Counted from the first letter of the stretch, positions 1 through 9,756 are shown. The stretch: 24,000 nucleotides of DNA from Desulfobacteraceae bacterium (GCA_003599865.1 QZKS01000095.1:55248-79247), one strand, 5' to 3'. Numbers and translations: made by a program. The notes: a model not told the origin generated them from the letters alone.

Positions 1-718
1 ATTTGTTTTCGCTGGTTTCACCCTCAACAACCAGTGCCGGGCAAGAGATATCCTGCAAAATCGGCCATGGATCGAATTCTCCTCCTCCTACAAAAAGGCC
101 AGCCTCGTTTTCAGGAGGGCAGGATAGTTGCAGACATCTATCTGCATTTTGAATCATTCCATGTTCAATATAAAGTTGAATCGCTTCATCATCCCATTGT
201 TGAAACATTTTTTTGGATCGCAGATAGGTTTCCGCATCCTTTTGATTTTCCCATGAATTTCGTCTTTTGATCGATTTGCTTGCCAGAGGGTGTTCCTCAA
301 TTCCAATTCGGACGTTATAAAATTCACGGGGCAAAAAAATGGGTTCAACCAGGACCATTTTTTGTGTCTTGATCCCGAATTTTGCAGTCGCAATGGTTGC
401 CAGCGTTGCCCCCATGGAATGACCCACCAGATAGGGGTTTTCGATATTCAAATGAGCACAGAAAAGTGCAAGATCCTCGGAAAGTTTGAGCCATGAGATC
501 GACTTTTGGGTTTGATCCGGTTCACGATGGGTGCAGAAATAGGGAGCGACAATCCGGTACGTATCGGAAAGCTTTCTTGCGATAGGGTGCCATTGCCAGG
601 GCTGAAAACCGGTGGCATGGGTCATGACGATCGTGGGGCCCGGATTTTCGTACAGCAGGTAGGGAATTTCCACCTCTCCAATATTTTGACGGGAAACCGT
701 TGGTTCTTTTGGGGGCAT
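1..718 (-). CDS. alpha/beta hydrolase (3' end beyond window edge)
   Basis: Own minus-strand translation: MPPKEPTVSRQNIGEVEIPYLLYENPGPTIVMTHATGFQPWQWHPIARKLSDTYRIVAPYF...NPYLVGHSMGATVATIAA...CPALVVEGETSENK. Contains a GHSMG nucleophile elbow and is open to base 1. AGGA lies upstream of ATG718. The ORF track lists only other frames here. Confidence 0.85.
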   Translation of the reverse strand, partial: MPPKEPTVSRQNIGEVEIPYLLYENPGPTIVMTHATGFQPWQWHPIARKLSDTYRIVAPYFCTHREPDQTQKSISWLKLSEDLALFCAHLNIENPYLVGHSMGATLATIATAKFGIKTQKMVLVEPIFLPREFYNVRIGIEEHPLASKSIKRRNSWENQKDAETYLRSKKMFQQWDDEAIQLYIEHGMIQNADRCLQLSCPPENEAGLFVGGGEFDPWPILQDISCPALVVEGETSENK

Positions 719-839
719 ATGATATATCCTGTTTTCTGTTTTTGGCTCGGAACCGTTCTGTTGCATGGTAAATTTTTGTTGGTATAGTACGGCTTGAATA
801 AAAATGCAAATCGGTCTTGTGTAGGGATTTAAAAAAAAT

Positions 840-1832
840 ATGCTTCCAAATCTGTTCTTATGTCTTGCGGGATTTATCCTGCTGTATTTTTGCGCAGACT
901 GGCTCGTAAAGGGCTCATCGGCTCTGGCACGGAGTCTGGGTGTTACGCCGCTGGTGATCGGGCTGACCGTGGTTGCGTTTGGAACTTCTGCGCCGGAGCT
1001 GGTTGTCAGCCTCGTTTCTTCCATCAAGGGGAAAAGTATGATTGCCGTTGGAAATGTTGTGGGAAGCAATATCTGCAATATCGCACTGGTGCTCGGAATT
1101 TCCGCTCTTTTTCAACCCATTGTATGTCAAAAATCCGTCATCCGGAGAGACATACCCATTATGCTGGCTGCGTCCTTTGTATTGCTTGTTTTCTCCTTGA
1201 ATTCAAGGATTGGGACACTGGAAGGACTGATTTTATTTATGGGATTGATCATATATATCATCACAAGCTATCGGTTTGCCGTAAAAGCTTCCATCACGCC
1301 GATGAGCCATGAAGTCCCGTTTGCAGATACCGGAAGAGGCGGAACGCTGTTTCTTCTTGAATCCCGGCCCAGACAGATCCTGTTGATCATTGTCGGCATA
1401 TCAGGAGTGATATGCGGAGCCCAGCTTGTGGTTGACGCGGCAACAAAGATTATGCAGGTTCTCGGAGTCAATGAAAAATTTATCGGATTGACCATTGTCG
1501 CCGTGGGCACTTCCCTTCCGGAGCTTGCAACTTCCGTGGTCGCTGCTGTTCGCAAGGAGATGGATATCAGCATCGGCAACCTTGTCGGAAGCAATATTTT
1601 CAATATTCTGTGCGTAATCGGCGCGGCCGCGATTGTTCATCCTCTCCAACTTCCCGGCGGTTTCCGGGAAAGCGGACTCGTGATTGACTATTCGGTGATG
1701 ATACTGATCAGCTTGCTTCCCTGGGTGATGATGAGAAAAACATATACCATCAACCGTCTCGGCGGCGGGATACTGCTGGCGTGTTATGCCGGTTATTTTG
1801 CATATCTTCTGACTGTTGCGTTTCAATCATAG
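840..1832 (+). CDS. calcium/sodium antiporter, CaCA family (YrbG-like)
   Basis: 330 aa, multi-TM, with the two characteristic alpha repeats GTSAPELVVS and GTSLPELATS. Confidence 0.93.
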   Translation: MLPNLFLCLAGFILLYFCADWLVKGSSALARSLGVTPLVIGLTVVAFGTSAPELVVSLVSSIKGKSMIAVGNVVGSNICNIALVLGISALFQPIVCQKSVIRRDIPIMLAASFVLLVFSLNSRIGTLEGLILFMGLIIYIITSYRFAVKASITPMSHEVPFADTGRGGTLFLLESRPRQILLIIVGISGVICGAQLVVDAATKIMQVLGVNEKFIGLTIVAVGTSLPELATSVVAAVRKEMDISIGNLVGSNIFNILCVIGAAAIVHPLQLPGGFRESGLVIDYSVMILISLLPWVMMRKTYTINRLGGGILLACYAGYFAYLLTVAFQS

Positions 1833-1871
1833 GGAAAGAGGACAGATCCGGATTCCGAATCAGCTGCGCAA

Positions 1872-3104
1872 TCATCTGTTTTGAATATGTTGAATCAGTT
1901 TATCCCATCCCATCATTTGCACCTTTTTTTTCATATCCCGATACCCGTCGCCGTATAGCGGATCAGAATCTTTTTCCATGTTCTCCAGCAGAATCATTGC
2001 AAACTTCGAACCGTCCTCCTGATATACTTTCATGGTTCCCAGATTGCAAAATCCTTCTGTTTCCGGATCGGTGAGCTTGATATCCTTCTCATTCAACCAG
2101 ACATGCATGATTTCATGGGCAAGAACGCCGTTAAACTCGGATAACGGCAGGCCATTTAGAATGTATATTGACTGTTTTCGGGAAACTGTCCGGTCGTTCC
2201 GATAGGATACCATGCATGTTGTGAATCCCTTGGAGTTGGGGGTATGCCGGGATTTTGAATATTGTTTCAGATGTTCCATATCCACAACATGGACCGGAAT
2301 CGTTGTCGGAATATCGGTGATTCCGATGGAGTGCAATACGGCCAATACGGTGTTCCGGCTTTTCATCACTTCATCACTTTTTTCTACAACCGTTGGTCTG
2401 CAGAACCCGCAGATGGTTCGACCGTCTGTATAGCGGTATCCGCCTTTGGAGGTTTTATTGGAAATAATCCGCATGCAGGAACTGCAAGCGATAGTCCGGT
2501 TATCACCATGTTTTTCATGGGCCTGGTTTCCCCACGGGTCGATCATCATCCGGCCTTCAATGGGTCTTTGGCATACAACACATTTGTGCAGTTTGAAATT
2601 CCGGAAGCAGTCGATGTGATAATTCCGGGACTGATCTTTTGTATATTTGCTGGTAATTGGTTTGCCGCAGATGTCGCATTTGAGTCTGGTTTGCTGCAAA
2701 TGCTCTTTTAAACAGGCAGCATGAAATTTCTGATCTCCCAAAACCTGCCATTTATCACCCAGCAGCTTCCCGCACCGTGCACAAACGAGACCCATTGTTT
2801 TTTTGTAACAATCCGGATGATAAAAATCTTTATCTTTATGCTGAAATGATCCGGTGATGGGCTTGCCGCATCTGCTGCATAGAAAGCAGTCTGGATGAAA
2901 CCGATAGCCGTCGGCCTTGATGTGTCCTCCCAGAAGCGGCTTTTGGCAACGGTCGCAGAGATTCCCGCCCGTCCGGGAAGAACCTGTTGAATAATTCGGA
3001 CTGTTCCCGTTCTGGGCATAAACACGGTCAGCAGACAGTCCGGACACCAGAATGAAAACGGCTGTTGCCAATATCAATAGTCGGTTACGTGAAATACAGT
3101 CCAT
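1872..3104 (-). CDS. secreted LIM-domain protein with C-terminal DA1-like zinc metallopeptidase domain
   Basis: Signal peptide MDCISRNRLLILATAVFILVSGLSADRVYA; repeated CxxC/HxxC LIM-type zinc motifs (LCDRCQKPL...FHPDCFLCSRCGKPI...FYHPDC; LVCARCGKLL; KCDICGKPI...YHIDCF; KCVVCQRPI; ACSSCMRII); LPLSEFNGVLAHEIMHVWL...DPETEGFCN resembles the plant DA1 peptidase core (LAHEMMHAW...EEGICQ). Confidence 0.85.
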   Translation of the reverse strand: MDCISRNRLLILATAVFILVSGLSADRVYAQNGNSPNYSTGSSRTGGNLCDRCQKPLLGGHIKADGYRFHPDCFLCSRCGKPITGSFQHKDKDFYHPDCYKKTMGLVCARCGKLLGDKWQVLGDQKFHAACLKEHLQQTRLKCDICGKPITSKYTKDQSRNYHIDCFRNFKLHKCVVCQRPIEGRMMIDPWGNQAHEKHGDNRTIACSSCMRIISNKTSKGGYRYTDGRTICGFCRPTVVEKSDEVMKSRNTVLAVLHSIGITDIPTTIPVHVVDMEHLKQYSKSRHTPNSKGFTTCMVSYRNDRTVSRKQSIYILNGLPLSEFNGVLAHEIMHVWLNEKDIKLTDPETEGFCNLGTMKVYQEDGSKFAMILLENMEKDSDPLYGDGYRDMKKKVQMMGWDKLIQHIQNR

Positions 3105-3366
3105 GATTTTTCACCACTTTATATTCCATACATGATTTCCAATGGTCTGAAAACAATACGGTTGTCCGGATATCCTGTCAATAGTTTGCTTTTTCTTTGC
3201 TTTTTTCTTTTGCCAGGGGTATTTTTCTTTACGATGATGATGCCGTTAACAGGTGATTTCCGCCCATCCAGCCGACTGGAAATCGGATGCCCGGTTCAGC
3301 GGATAAGACAACCGGACCACAATTGAAAACCAGACATTTATTTTAACCGGATAAAAAACGATTCAA

Positions 3367-4905
3367 ATGGGATATCGGGAAATCACCATAAAACTTCCTG
3401 TCGGATATGAGGAAGACCATCTTCAAAAACGCATTCAGCAGGAACTGAATGTTTCCGATTTTTCCTATCAGATGGAACAGAAAAGCCTGGATGCCCGAAA
3501 AAAAAGCGATATCCACTGGCTGGTCCGGGTTGCGGTATTTTCGGATCAGTTGGATGGCCAGGACCGGATTCCTGTTCCGGTCCTGGATATCCCGTTTCGA
3601 AAACGAAATCAAAAGATCGTTGTGGTGGGAAGCGGCCCGGCCGGTTTTTTTTCCGCTTTTGTTTTACAGAAGGCAGGGTTTCCGGTGACCCTTATCGAGA
3701 GAGGCTCGGATGTCGGAAAACGGTCGGCCGGCATCCGAACGTTGGAACATACCGGCAGTTTTGATCCCACCGGCAATTATGCGTTTGGTGAAGGCGGCGC
3801 AGGAACGTTTTCAGACGGGAAGCTTACGTCCAGGACCAAAAATATTTCCCGGGAAAAGCAGTTTATTATCGAAAACTATATCCGGGCCGGAGCACCTGAG
3901 GAAATCCGGTATATGGCCCATCCTCATCTCGGCAGCAACAACCTGAAAAAGATCGTTAAAAATCTGAGAAACGATTTGATTCATATCGGCGGTACGGTTC
4001 TGTTTGAAACATTTTGCCGGGATCTGAAAATCAGGGACCATCGGATCGTTTCCGTCATCACAGACTCGGAAAGCATTGATACGGACTATTGTATCCTTGC
4101 GACCGGTCAGAATGCCTATGAAACCTATCGCATGCTGATCGGCCATGGCGTTGCCTTCCGGACGAAAAATTTTGCCCTTGGCTGCAGGGTGGAGCATCCC
4201 CAGGAACTCATCAACCTCGCGCAATGGGGGCAGAAGGAACTGCCGGGCGTCAAGGCTGCGGAATACCGGCTGACAGCCAACACTCCCGGAAGCCTGCCGG
4301 TCTATACCTTCTGCATGTGCCCGGGCGGAATGATTGTCCCCGCGATGCCATATGAAGATGTAAACATCGTCAATGGCATGAGCCTGTATCTTCGGAACAA
4401 GAAATTTGCAAACGCCGCCTGTGTGGCCGGGGTCAGTATGGAAAGGCTCCTGGGAAGGGAGGCGGCACCGATGCAGGCGCTTGAATGGCTGAACAACCTG
4501 GAACATCGGTTTTACGAGTATGCCAAAGGATATCAGGCGCCTTTTTGCCGTATTCAGGATTTTATAGATCAGAAAGAAACGGCTCAAACCGTTGAATCCA
4601 GTTATCCTTTAGGCTTGAAACCGGCGGCTTTATGGGAATTGCTTCCTGCCGACATCAGCCATTCTATTCGGGAAGGACTGAAGGTTTTTTCCCGGAGAAT
4701 AAAAGGTTTTGAAACCGGTGTGATCATGGGACTGGAAAGCAAGACATCCGCTCCAATCCAGGTCATCCGTGATGAGCGGCATCTCTGCGCAGGATTTGCA
4801 AATCTGTTTATGGTCGGTGAAGGGAGCGGCCATTCCGGTGGAATCATCTCCAGCGGTGTTGACGGTATCAAGGCTGCGATGCGGATTATTGAATTATCCA
4901 ATTAA
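3367..4905 (+). CDS. FAD-dependent oxidoreductase/dehydrogenase (COG2509-like)
   Basis: 512 aa with Rossmann motif VVVGSGPAGFFSAFVLQKAGFPVTLIERG, GGAGTFSDGKLT, and C-terminal GEGSGHSGGIISSGVDGIKAA. Confidence 0.88.
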   Translation: MGYREITIKLPVGYEEDHLQKRIQQELNVSDFSYQMEQKSLDARKKSDIHWLVRVAVFSDQLDGQDRIPVPVLDIPFRKRNQKIVVVGSGPAGFFSAFVLQKAGFPVTLIERGSDVGKRSAGIRTLEHTGSFDPTGNYAFGEGGAGTFSDGKLTSRTKNISREKQFIIENYIRAGAPEEIRYMAHPHLGSNNLKKIVKNLRNDLIHIGGTVLFETFCRDLKIRDHRIVSVITDSESIDTDYCILATGQNAYETYRMLIGHGVAFRTKNFALGCRVEHPQELINLAQWGQKELPGVKAAEYRLTANTPGSLPVYTFCMCPGGMIVPAMPYEDVNIVNGMSLYLRNKKFANAACVAGVSMERLLGREAAPMQALEWLNNLEHRFYEYAKGYQAPFCRIQDFIDQKETAQTVESSYPLGLKPAALWELLPADISHSIREGLKVFSRRIKGFETGVIMGLESKTSAPIQVIRDERHLCAGFANLFMVGEGSGHSGGIISSGVDGIKAAMRIIELSN

Positions 4906-4957
4906 ATAGGGCTTTCTTTGTATATCCAATTTTTTATTGATCAACCAGGAGGTCATG

Positions 4958-5365
4958 ATGGGCTTCATTTTCTACCTAAAGTTGTACCTGATCACGATCC
5001 CTATCTTTTTCGCTATTGATCTTCTCTGGCTGGGAGTGGTGGCCAGGGGGTTCTATCGCAACCAGTTGGGATTTATCCTCAGCCCTCAGGTAAAATGGAC
5101 AGCGGCAATTGCTTTTTATTTGCTCTATATCGTCGGAATTCTCATTTTTGCCGTCAGGCCGGCGGTGAGTGAAAATTCCTGGCGACAGGCTGCGATTTTA
5201 GGCGCCTTGTTCGGACTGTTTACCTATGGAACCTATGATCTGACAAACCTGGCCACCATCGAAAACTGGCCGCTTGCAGTGGTTGCCGTGGATATAGCAT
5301 GGGGAATGTGTCTGTGTACCTTGGTTTCACTCCTGAGCTTTGCCGCATCCCGCTGGATGATCTGA
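4958..5365 (+). CDS. DUF2177 family membrane protein
   Basis: AGGAGGT immediately upstream; MGFIFYLKLYLITIPIFFAIDLLWLGVVARGFYRNQLGFIL... TYDLTNLATIENWPLAVVAVDIAWG is typical of the family. The track start at 4937 is an alternative TTG. Confidence 0.85.
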   Translation: MGFIFYLKLYLITIPIFFAIDLLWLGVVARGFYRNQLGFILSPQVKWTAAIAFYLLYIVGILIFAVRPAVSENSWRQAAILGALFGLFTYGTYDLTNLATIENWPLAVVAVDIAWGMCLCTLVSLLSFAASRWMI

Positions 5366-5450
5366 TAAACAGTGCCGTAAATCGGGAAGCTGTTAGAAAC
5401 GATCTTCGCTGCCAATGTTCTTGAAAAACGATCAATCAAGGGGGCTACAG

Positions 5451-6728
5451 GTGGTTTTTAAAAGGAAAAGCAGGCCAACGGTAATCATTATCGGGGCAAA
5501 TTTTGGTGGTTTGACAGCTGTGACCACATTATTAAAACAGTTTACTGTGATTGTCGTAGACCCGACTCCCTGGTTTGAATATTTACCGGGTATTCACGAA
5601 CTTGTCTCCGGTGTCAAGACTCCTTCGCTATTAAAACTTTCCAGCCCCAAGATTGTTCGGCGTGCAGGACATCGTTTCATTAAAGACCGTGTCGTACAAA
5701 TCCTTCCGGATAAGAATCTGGTCATTATGAAGAATGGGACGTCATTGTCTTACGATTTCTGCATCGTGGCCATTGGCGGTGTAAAAAACACCTTTGGTAC
5801 GCCGGGTGCCGATACGCATGCGGTGTCATTTTCGAACATTGAAAATTGCCATTTCATCGGGAAACAACTTAAGATTCTGTCCAAAGCGAAAACCCCTTCT
5901 CATATCGTTATCGTCGGCGGGGGTATCGAAGGCATTGAAGTGCTCGGAGAGATTCTCCGCAAATTTAAGGATATAAAGCATATTCGTATCCGCCTCATTG
6001 AGAGAGAAAACCGTCTGCTCAATGAAATTCCGGCTGACATCGATTCCGAAATCCGGAAACACTGCCGTCCCTATCCGGTGGAATTCATCACCGAAGCATC
6101 TGTAAAAAAAGTTACAGGAAAGACCGTTTTTCTGACAAATGGTAAGCGGTTAAAATCTGATTTAACCATCTGGACTGCCGGGGCAAAACCACATCCTCTC
6201 TTATTGTTATCCGGATTCACCGAAACCGCTGATCAATGGGCACCGGTCTCCGGCACGCTTCAACACATTGTTCATAAAAATGTTTTTTTTGCAGGAGATG
6301 CGGCAGATGTGCCTGATGTTCACTCCAAACAGGCCTACCATGCCATTGACATGGGACATTGTGCAGCGTTGAATATTAATCGGATACACAGCGGGAAAGC
6401 ATTACAGCCATTTAAGCCAAGGCCAAAACCCATCATCGTATCGTTTGGAGATTTGGACACATATGTCATCGCAGGCGATTTTGTTCTTGCAGGGAGTGCG
6501 CTCAGCTCATTGAAGGAAGTCGTATTCCAAAAGGTCATGATGGATTTTGATCCGGCAGGGATCGCGTTGAAAGGGCTTCACTTATCAAATCGTGCTGTTC
6601 GCTCCGCACTCCCGTTAGCTCTCTCGACGACCTTCTCCCTTTCGGCGTTAAAACGTCTGGGCAAGGTTCGCCTGCTTGATAAACGGAAGGAAAAAACCAA
6701 AAGAATGAGACAAAGAAAACATGACTGA
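5451..6728 (+). CDS. NAD(P)/FAD-dependent oxidoreductase, type II NADH dehydrogenase-like
   Basis: PTVIIIGANFGGLTAVTTLLKQFTVIVVDPTPWFEYLPG...; second dinucleotide motif IVIVGGGIEGIEVLGE; TIWTAGAKPHPLL; FFAGDAAD. GTG at 5451 has GGGGG upstream; track start 5415 is also possible. Confidence 0.82.
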   Translation: MVFKRKSRPTVIIIGANFGGLTAVTTLLKQFTVIVVDPTPWFEYLPGIHELVSGVKTPSLLKLSSPKIVRRAGHRFIKDRVVQILPDKNLVIMKNGTSLSYDFCIVAIGGVKNTFGTPGADTHAVSFSNIENCHFIGKQLKILSKAKTPSHIVIVGGGIEGIEVLGEILRKFKDIKHIRIRLIERENRLLNEIPADIDSEIRKHCRPYPVEFITEASVKKVTGKTVFLTNGKRLKSDLTIWTAGAKPHPLLLLSGFTETADQWAPVSGTLQHIVHKNVFFAGDAADVPDVHSKQAYHAIDMGHCAALNINRIHSGKALQPFKPRPKPIIVSFGDLDTYVIAGDFVLAGSALSSLKEVVFQKVMMDFDPAGIALKGLHLSNRAVRSALPLALSTTFSLSALKRLGKVRLLDKRKEKTKRMRQRKHD

Positions 6729-6973
6729 TCTTACTGCAGATGTCATCATTCGGAGAGAGATACTTACGTTTCCGGAAAGCCGAACTTTTCTTCGTCAAGC
6801 CATTCGACAGACGCAGGAGAAATATTCGTTTCGAATAGACGCTTTGGTATTGCGTAAGGAAGATGCGCTTAAAAGCATATCCTACCAGGCTGTACAAGTT
6901 AATAGCGGGTTGTCAATATTTTTTTGCCTCAACCTGACACTGCACAGGACACCAAACTACCGGCGCCTGTGGG
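6727..6973 (+). pseudogene. degenerate REP-associated tyrosine transposase (RAYT / Y1_Tnp) remnant
   Basis: RREILTFPESRTFLRQAIRQTQEKYSFRIDALVL matches the region just before the LPDHLH (HUH) motif of RAYTs, but the motif itself is missing. PNYRRLWV, which resembles the RAYT N-terminus, occurs out of order downstream. Recognition is from family knowledge, not a search. Confidence 0.5.
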
Positions 6974-7963
6974 TTAGCCTTGAAGAAATTTTTTAATTTT
7001 TGACTTGTCCCGGAGGATCTTGATATAGCTTTTAATGCCGTTGGCTATTTTTTTCTGGACAATCAGTTGGGTGATGTCCTCTTTGATCTCTCCAAAGGCA
7101 GGTATACGTTCGGGTTGTTTGTCCAGGACCTTGATCAGGTGAAAGCCGTATTCGGTTTCCACCACATCGCTGACTTCGTTGACTGCAAGGGAAAATGCTG
7201 CCCTGGAAAACGGTTCGACCATTTTGTTCCGGTCGAAATATCCCAGTTCCCCGCCGTTTTTTCCATTCGGGTCATCTGAAAACTTGTTGGCCAGTGCGGA
7301 AAAGCTTTCCCCCCGCTTGATCCGCTTTTTGATTTTTTCCAGTTTTTCTCTGGCTTCCTGCTTCCGGTCTGCAGGCATGCTGGGGGGGAAGGATACCAGA
7401 ATATGCTGGGCCCGAACCATTTCAGGCTGTTTGAACTGGTTTTTATTCTTTTCATAAAAGGCAATTCTTTCATCCTCTGTTGTCTGGGCCCTGCTGACAA
7501 CTTTTTCCTGAATCAGACGGCGGATCAACAGGCCGCGTTCGACCTGTAATTTCATCTCCGTTTCCGACAGGTTCACTGCCGATAATTTTTCGGCAAATGT
7601 GCTTTGGTCCGGATACATTTTTTTCATCAGCTCATATTGCTGGTCCACAATTTTTTCTTCAACAAGGAGCCCCAGTTTCCGACTCTCCTGAAACAGCAAT
7701 TCGCGATCAATGAGTTCTTCGAGGGTTTGATGGGTGATTTCCAATAATTGATCCTGCGGAAGATTGTTTTTCAGGAGTCCTTTCTTGCGCAGAACAATGG
7801 TAACATTCTGATCCAGCGTTTTTTTGCTGATCACCACATCGTTCACCACCACTGCCGCTTCATCCTCTGTTTGTTGTTCTGTTGAAGCCGGAAGTGATGT
7901 ATTGAGAAACAGCAGGATAATGATTGCCGTGATGGATTGAATCGGAAAAGATTTGCGCAGCAT
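6974..7963 (-). CDS. parvulin-type peptidylprolyl isomerase (PpiC/SurA-like), exported
   Basis: Signal peptide; rotamase core VRAQHILVSFPPSMPADRKQEAREKLEKIKKRIKRGESFSALANKFSDDPNGKNGGELGYFDRNKMVEPFSRAAFSLAVNEVSDVVETEYGFHLIKV. Confidence 0.92.
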   Translation of the reverse strand: MLRKSFPIQSITAIIILLFLNTSLPASTEQQTEDEAAVVVNDVVISKKTLDQNVTIVLRKKGLLKNNLPQDQLLEITHQTLEELIDRELLFQESRKLGLLVEEKIVDQQYELMKKMYPDQSTFAEKLSAVNLSETEMKLQVERGLLIRRLIQEKVVSRAQTTEDERIAFYEKNKNQFKQPEMVRAQHILVSFPPSMPADRKQEAREKLEKIKKRIKRGESFSALANKFSDDPNGKNGGELGYFDRNKMVEPFSRAAFSLAVNEVSDVVETEYGFHLIKVLDKQPERIPAFGEIKEDITQLIVQKKIANGIKSYIKILRDKSKIKKFLQG

Positions 7964-8106
7964 GGAAAGACTCCGGTTAACGGTTATGTTGTTTATGAAA
8001 CAAATGTCCGGCGATGATGGTGCTTACAAGATGTGATAGATAACAAGAGATCTTGGCGGCTGCAAGCATTTATTGATGTATCGTATCCTGTCGACCTGAG
8101 GATCAT

Positions 8107-8742
8107 TCAGACGGTTTTATCCGGAAAAGGACAAAGGCTGTTCAGGTTGCAGATCCCGCACGCCGGTTTTCTGGCGGTGCAGGTCGCTCTTCCAAAATAG
8201 ATCAGAAGCAGGGAAAAATCATTCCATTCCTTTTCGGGAATCACTTCCATGAGATCAAATTCGATTCGGGTCGGGTCTTGATGGGTTGTCAGTCCCAGGC
8301 GCTGTGAAATCCTGGCAACATGGGTATCCACGACAATGGATGGAATTTGGAAGGCCGCACCCCGAACAACATTGGCGGTTTTTCTCCCAACGCCGGGAAG
8401 CCGCACCAGTTCCTCCAGTCCGGACGGAACGTTTCCCTGATGATCCCGGATCAGTGCGGTCGCACACTGTTTCAGGTTTCTGGCTTTATTCCGGTAGAAT
8501 CCTGTGGAATAGATCAATTTTTCTATTTTTTTCAAGGGGGCTTCGGCAAAGGCCTCGGCTGTCGGGAGTTCTCTGAATAATTCAGGCGTCACACTGTTTA
8601 CCTGCCGGTCTGTACACTGGGCCGACAATATGGTGGCCATCAGCAGTTCAAACGCACTGTTGTGATAGAGCTGGGTCTTGACATCCGGGTAGCTCTCTCT
8701 TAAGATCTGTCGAATTTTGCGTATACGGGTATTGTTTTTCAT
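8107..8742 (-). CDS. nth: endonuclease III
   Basis: LMATILSAQCTDRQVN; HhH LPGVGRKTANVV; VVDTHVARISQRLGL; Fe-S ligands C-x6-C-x2-C-x5-C in CTARKPACGICNLNSLCPF. Confidence 0.95.
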   Translation of the reverse strand: MKNNTRIRKIRQILRESYPDVKTQLYHNSAFELLMATILSAQCTDRQVNSVTPELFRELPTAEAFAEAPLKKIEKLIYSTGFYRNKARNLKQCATALIRDHQGNVPSGLEELVRLPGVGRKTANVVRGAAFQIPSIVVDTHVARISQRLGLTTHQDPTRIEFDLMEVIPEKEWNDFSLLLIYFGRATCTARKPACGICNLNSLCPFPDKTV

Positions 8743-8757
8743 AGGATGGTCTGTACC

Positions 8758-9756
8758 ATGAAAACCGGAAGAAAAAAAGTCAGAGGTCTTGGATTGTGTT
8801 CCGGAGGTCTGGACAGTATCCTTGCCGGACGTGTTTTGCAGGAGCAGGGCATCGAGATCGAATGGATTTCTTTTGAAACTCCTTTTTTTTCATCGGAAAA
8901 AGCACAAAAAGCATCCCGGTTATACGGCATCCCGCTGACAATAAAGGACATGACAAAGGAGTATCTTGTCATGCTCAAAGACCCTCCTGCCGGTTATGGG
9001 AAGCATATGAACCCCTGCATGGATTGTCATGCCCTCATGTTTCATCTTGCCGGCGGCATCATGAGGGAAAAAGGATTTGATTTTCTGTTCAGCGGAGAAG
9101 TGCTGGGGCAGAGGCCCATGTCGCAGACCCGGCAGTCATTGCGTTATGTGGAAAAACATTCCGGATTTGACGGCTATATCATCAGACCGCTGAGTGCAAA
9201 ACTTCTGGCAGAGAGCATTCCGGAGAAACAGGGTATGTTGGATCGGGAAAAACTGCTGGACTTGACGGGCAGATCCAGAAAACCGCAGATCTCCATTGCT
9301 GAAAAACTGGGCATTTCCGAATATCCGGCGCCTGCGGGCGGCTGCTTGCTGACGGACAGGGGATTCAGTCTGCGTCTGAAAGATCTGTTTGACCATCAGG
9401 ACGTTTACCATGAAAGGGATTTTCATCTCCTGAAAGCAGGCAGACATCTTCGCCTGGATCCATTGATGAAAGCGGTTGTGGGGAGAACGGAAGAGGACAG
9501 CAACCGGATTGCGAAATTGTACAATTCAAAAACAGACATGATCTGCAGTCTGGTAAAAATTCCCGGACCGGTTGTGCTGGTGCCGGGCGGCTGTGAGAGT
9601 GAGGACAAACGTCTCTTGGCAGCAACCATCTGTGCCTCCTACAGCAAGGTGCCGAAGACGATTCCCGTTGAGGTCTGGATCAAGACGGTTGACGAACGGA
9701 AGAGGGTTCCGGTGATTTCTCTTCCGACATCCGTATTTCAAAAATGGATGATCTGA
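8758..9756 (+). CDS. PP-loop ATPase, MnmA/ThiI-like tRNA thiolation family protein
   Basis: PP-loop GLCSGGLDSILAG; NPCMDCHALM; FLFSGEVLGQRPMSQ; EYPAPAGGCLLT. ATG8758 chosen because ATG8746 is only 3 bp from the divergent nth start. Confidence 0.8.
   Translation: MKTGRKKVRGLGLCSGGLDSILAGRVLQEQGIEIEWISFETPFFSSEKAQKASRLYGIPLTIKDMTKEYLVMLKDPPAGYGKHMNPCMDCHALMFHLAGGIMREKGFDFLFSGEVLGQRPMSQTRQSLRYVEKHSGFDGYIIRPLSAKLLAESIPEKQGMLDREKLLDLTGRSRKPQISIAEKLGISEYPAPAGGCLLTDRGFSLRLKDLFDHQDVYHERDFHLLKAGRHLRLDPLMKAVVGRTEEDSNRIAKLYNSKTDMICSLVKIPGPVVLVPGGCESEDKRLLAATICASYSKVPKTIPVEVWIKTVDERKRVPVISLPTSVFQKWMI

Noticed and set aside
2262-2711. 149-aa plus-strand ORF
   Set aside because: Antisense to the LIM/DA1 gene; low-complexity composition expected from a shadow of Cys/His-rich coding sequence.
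3132-3326. 64-aa plus-strand ORF with a hydrophobic stretch
   Set aside because: No clear ribosome binding site or family similarity; lies in the upstream region shared by two genes. Not excluded, but not supportable.
3811-4587. 258-aa minus-strand ORF
   Set aside because: Antisense shadow of the FAD-dependent oxidoreductase, whose motifs clearly fix the coding strand.
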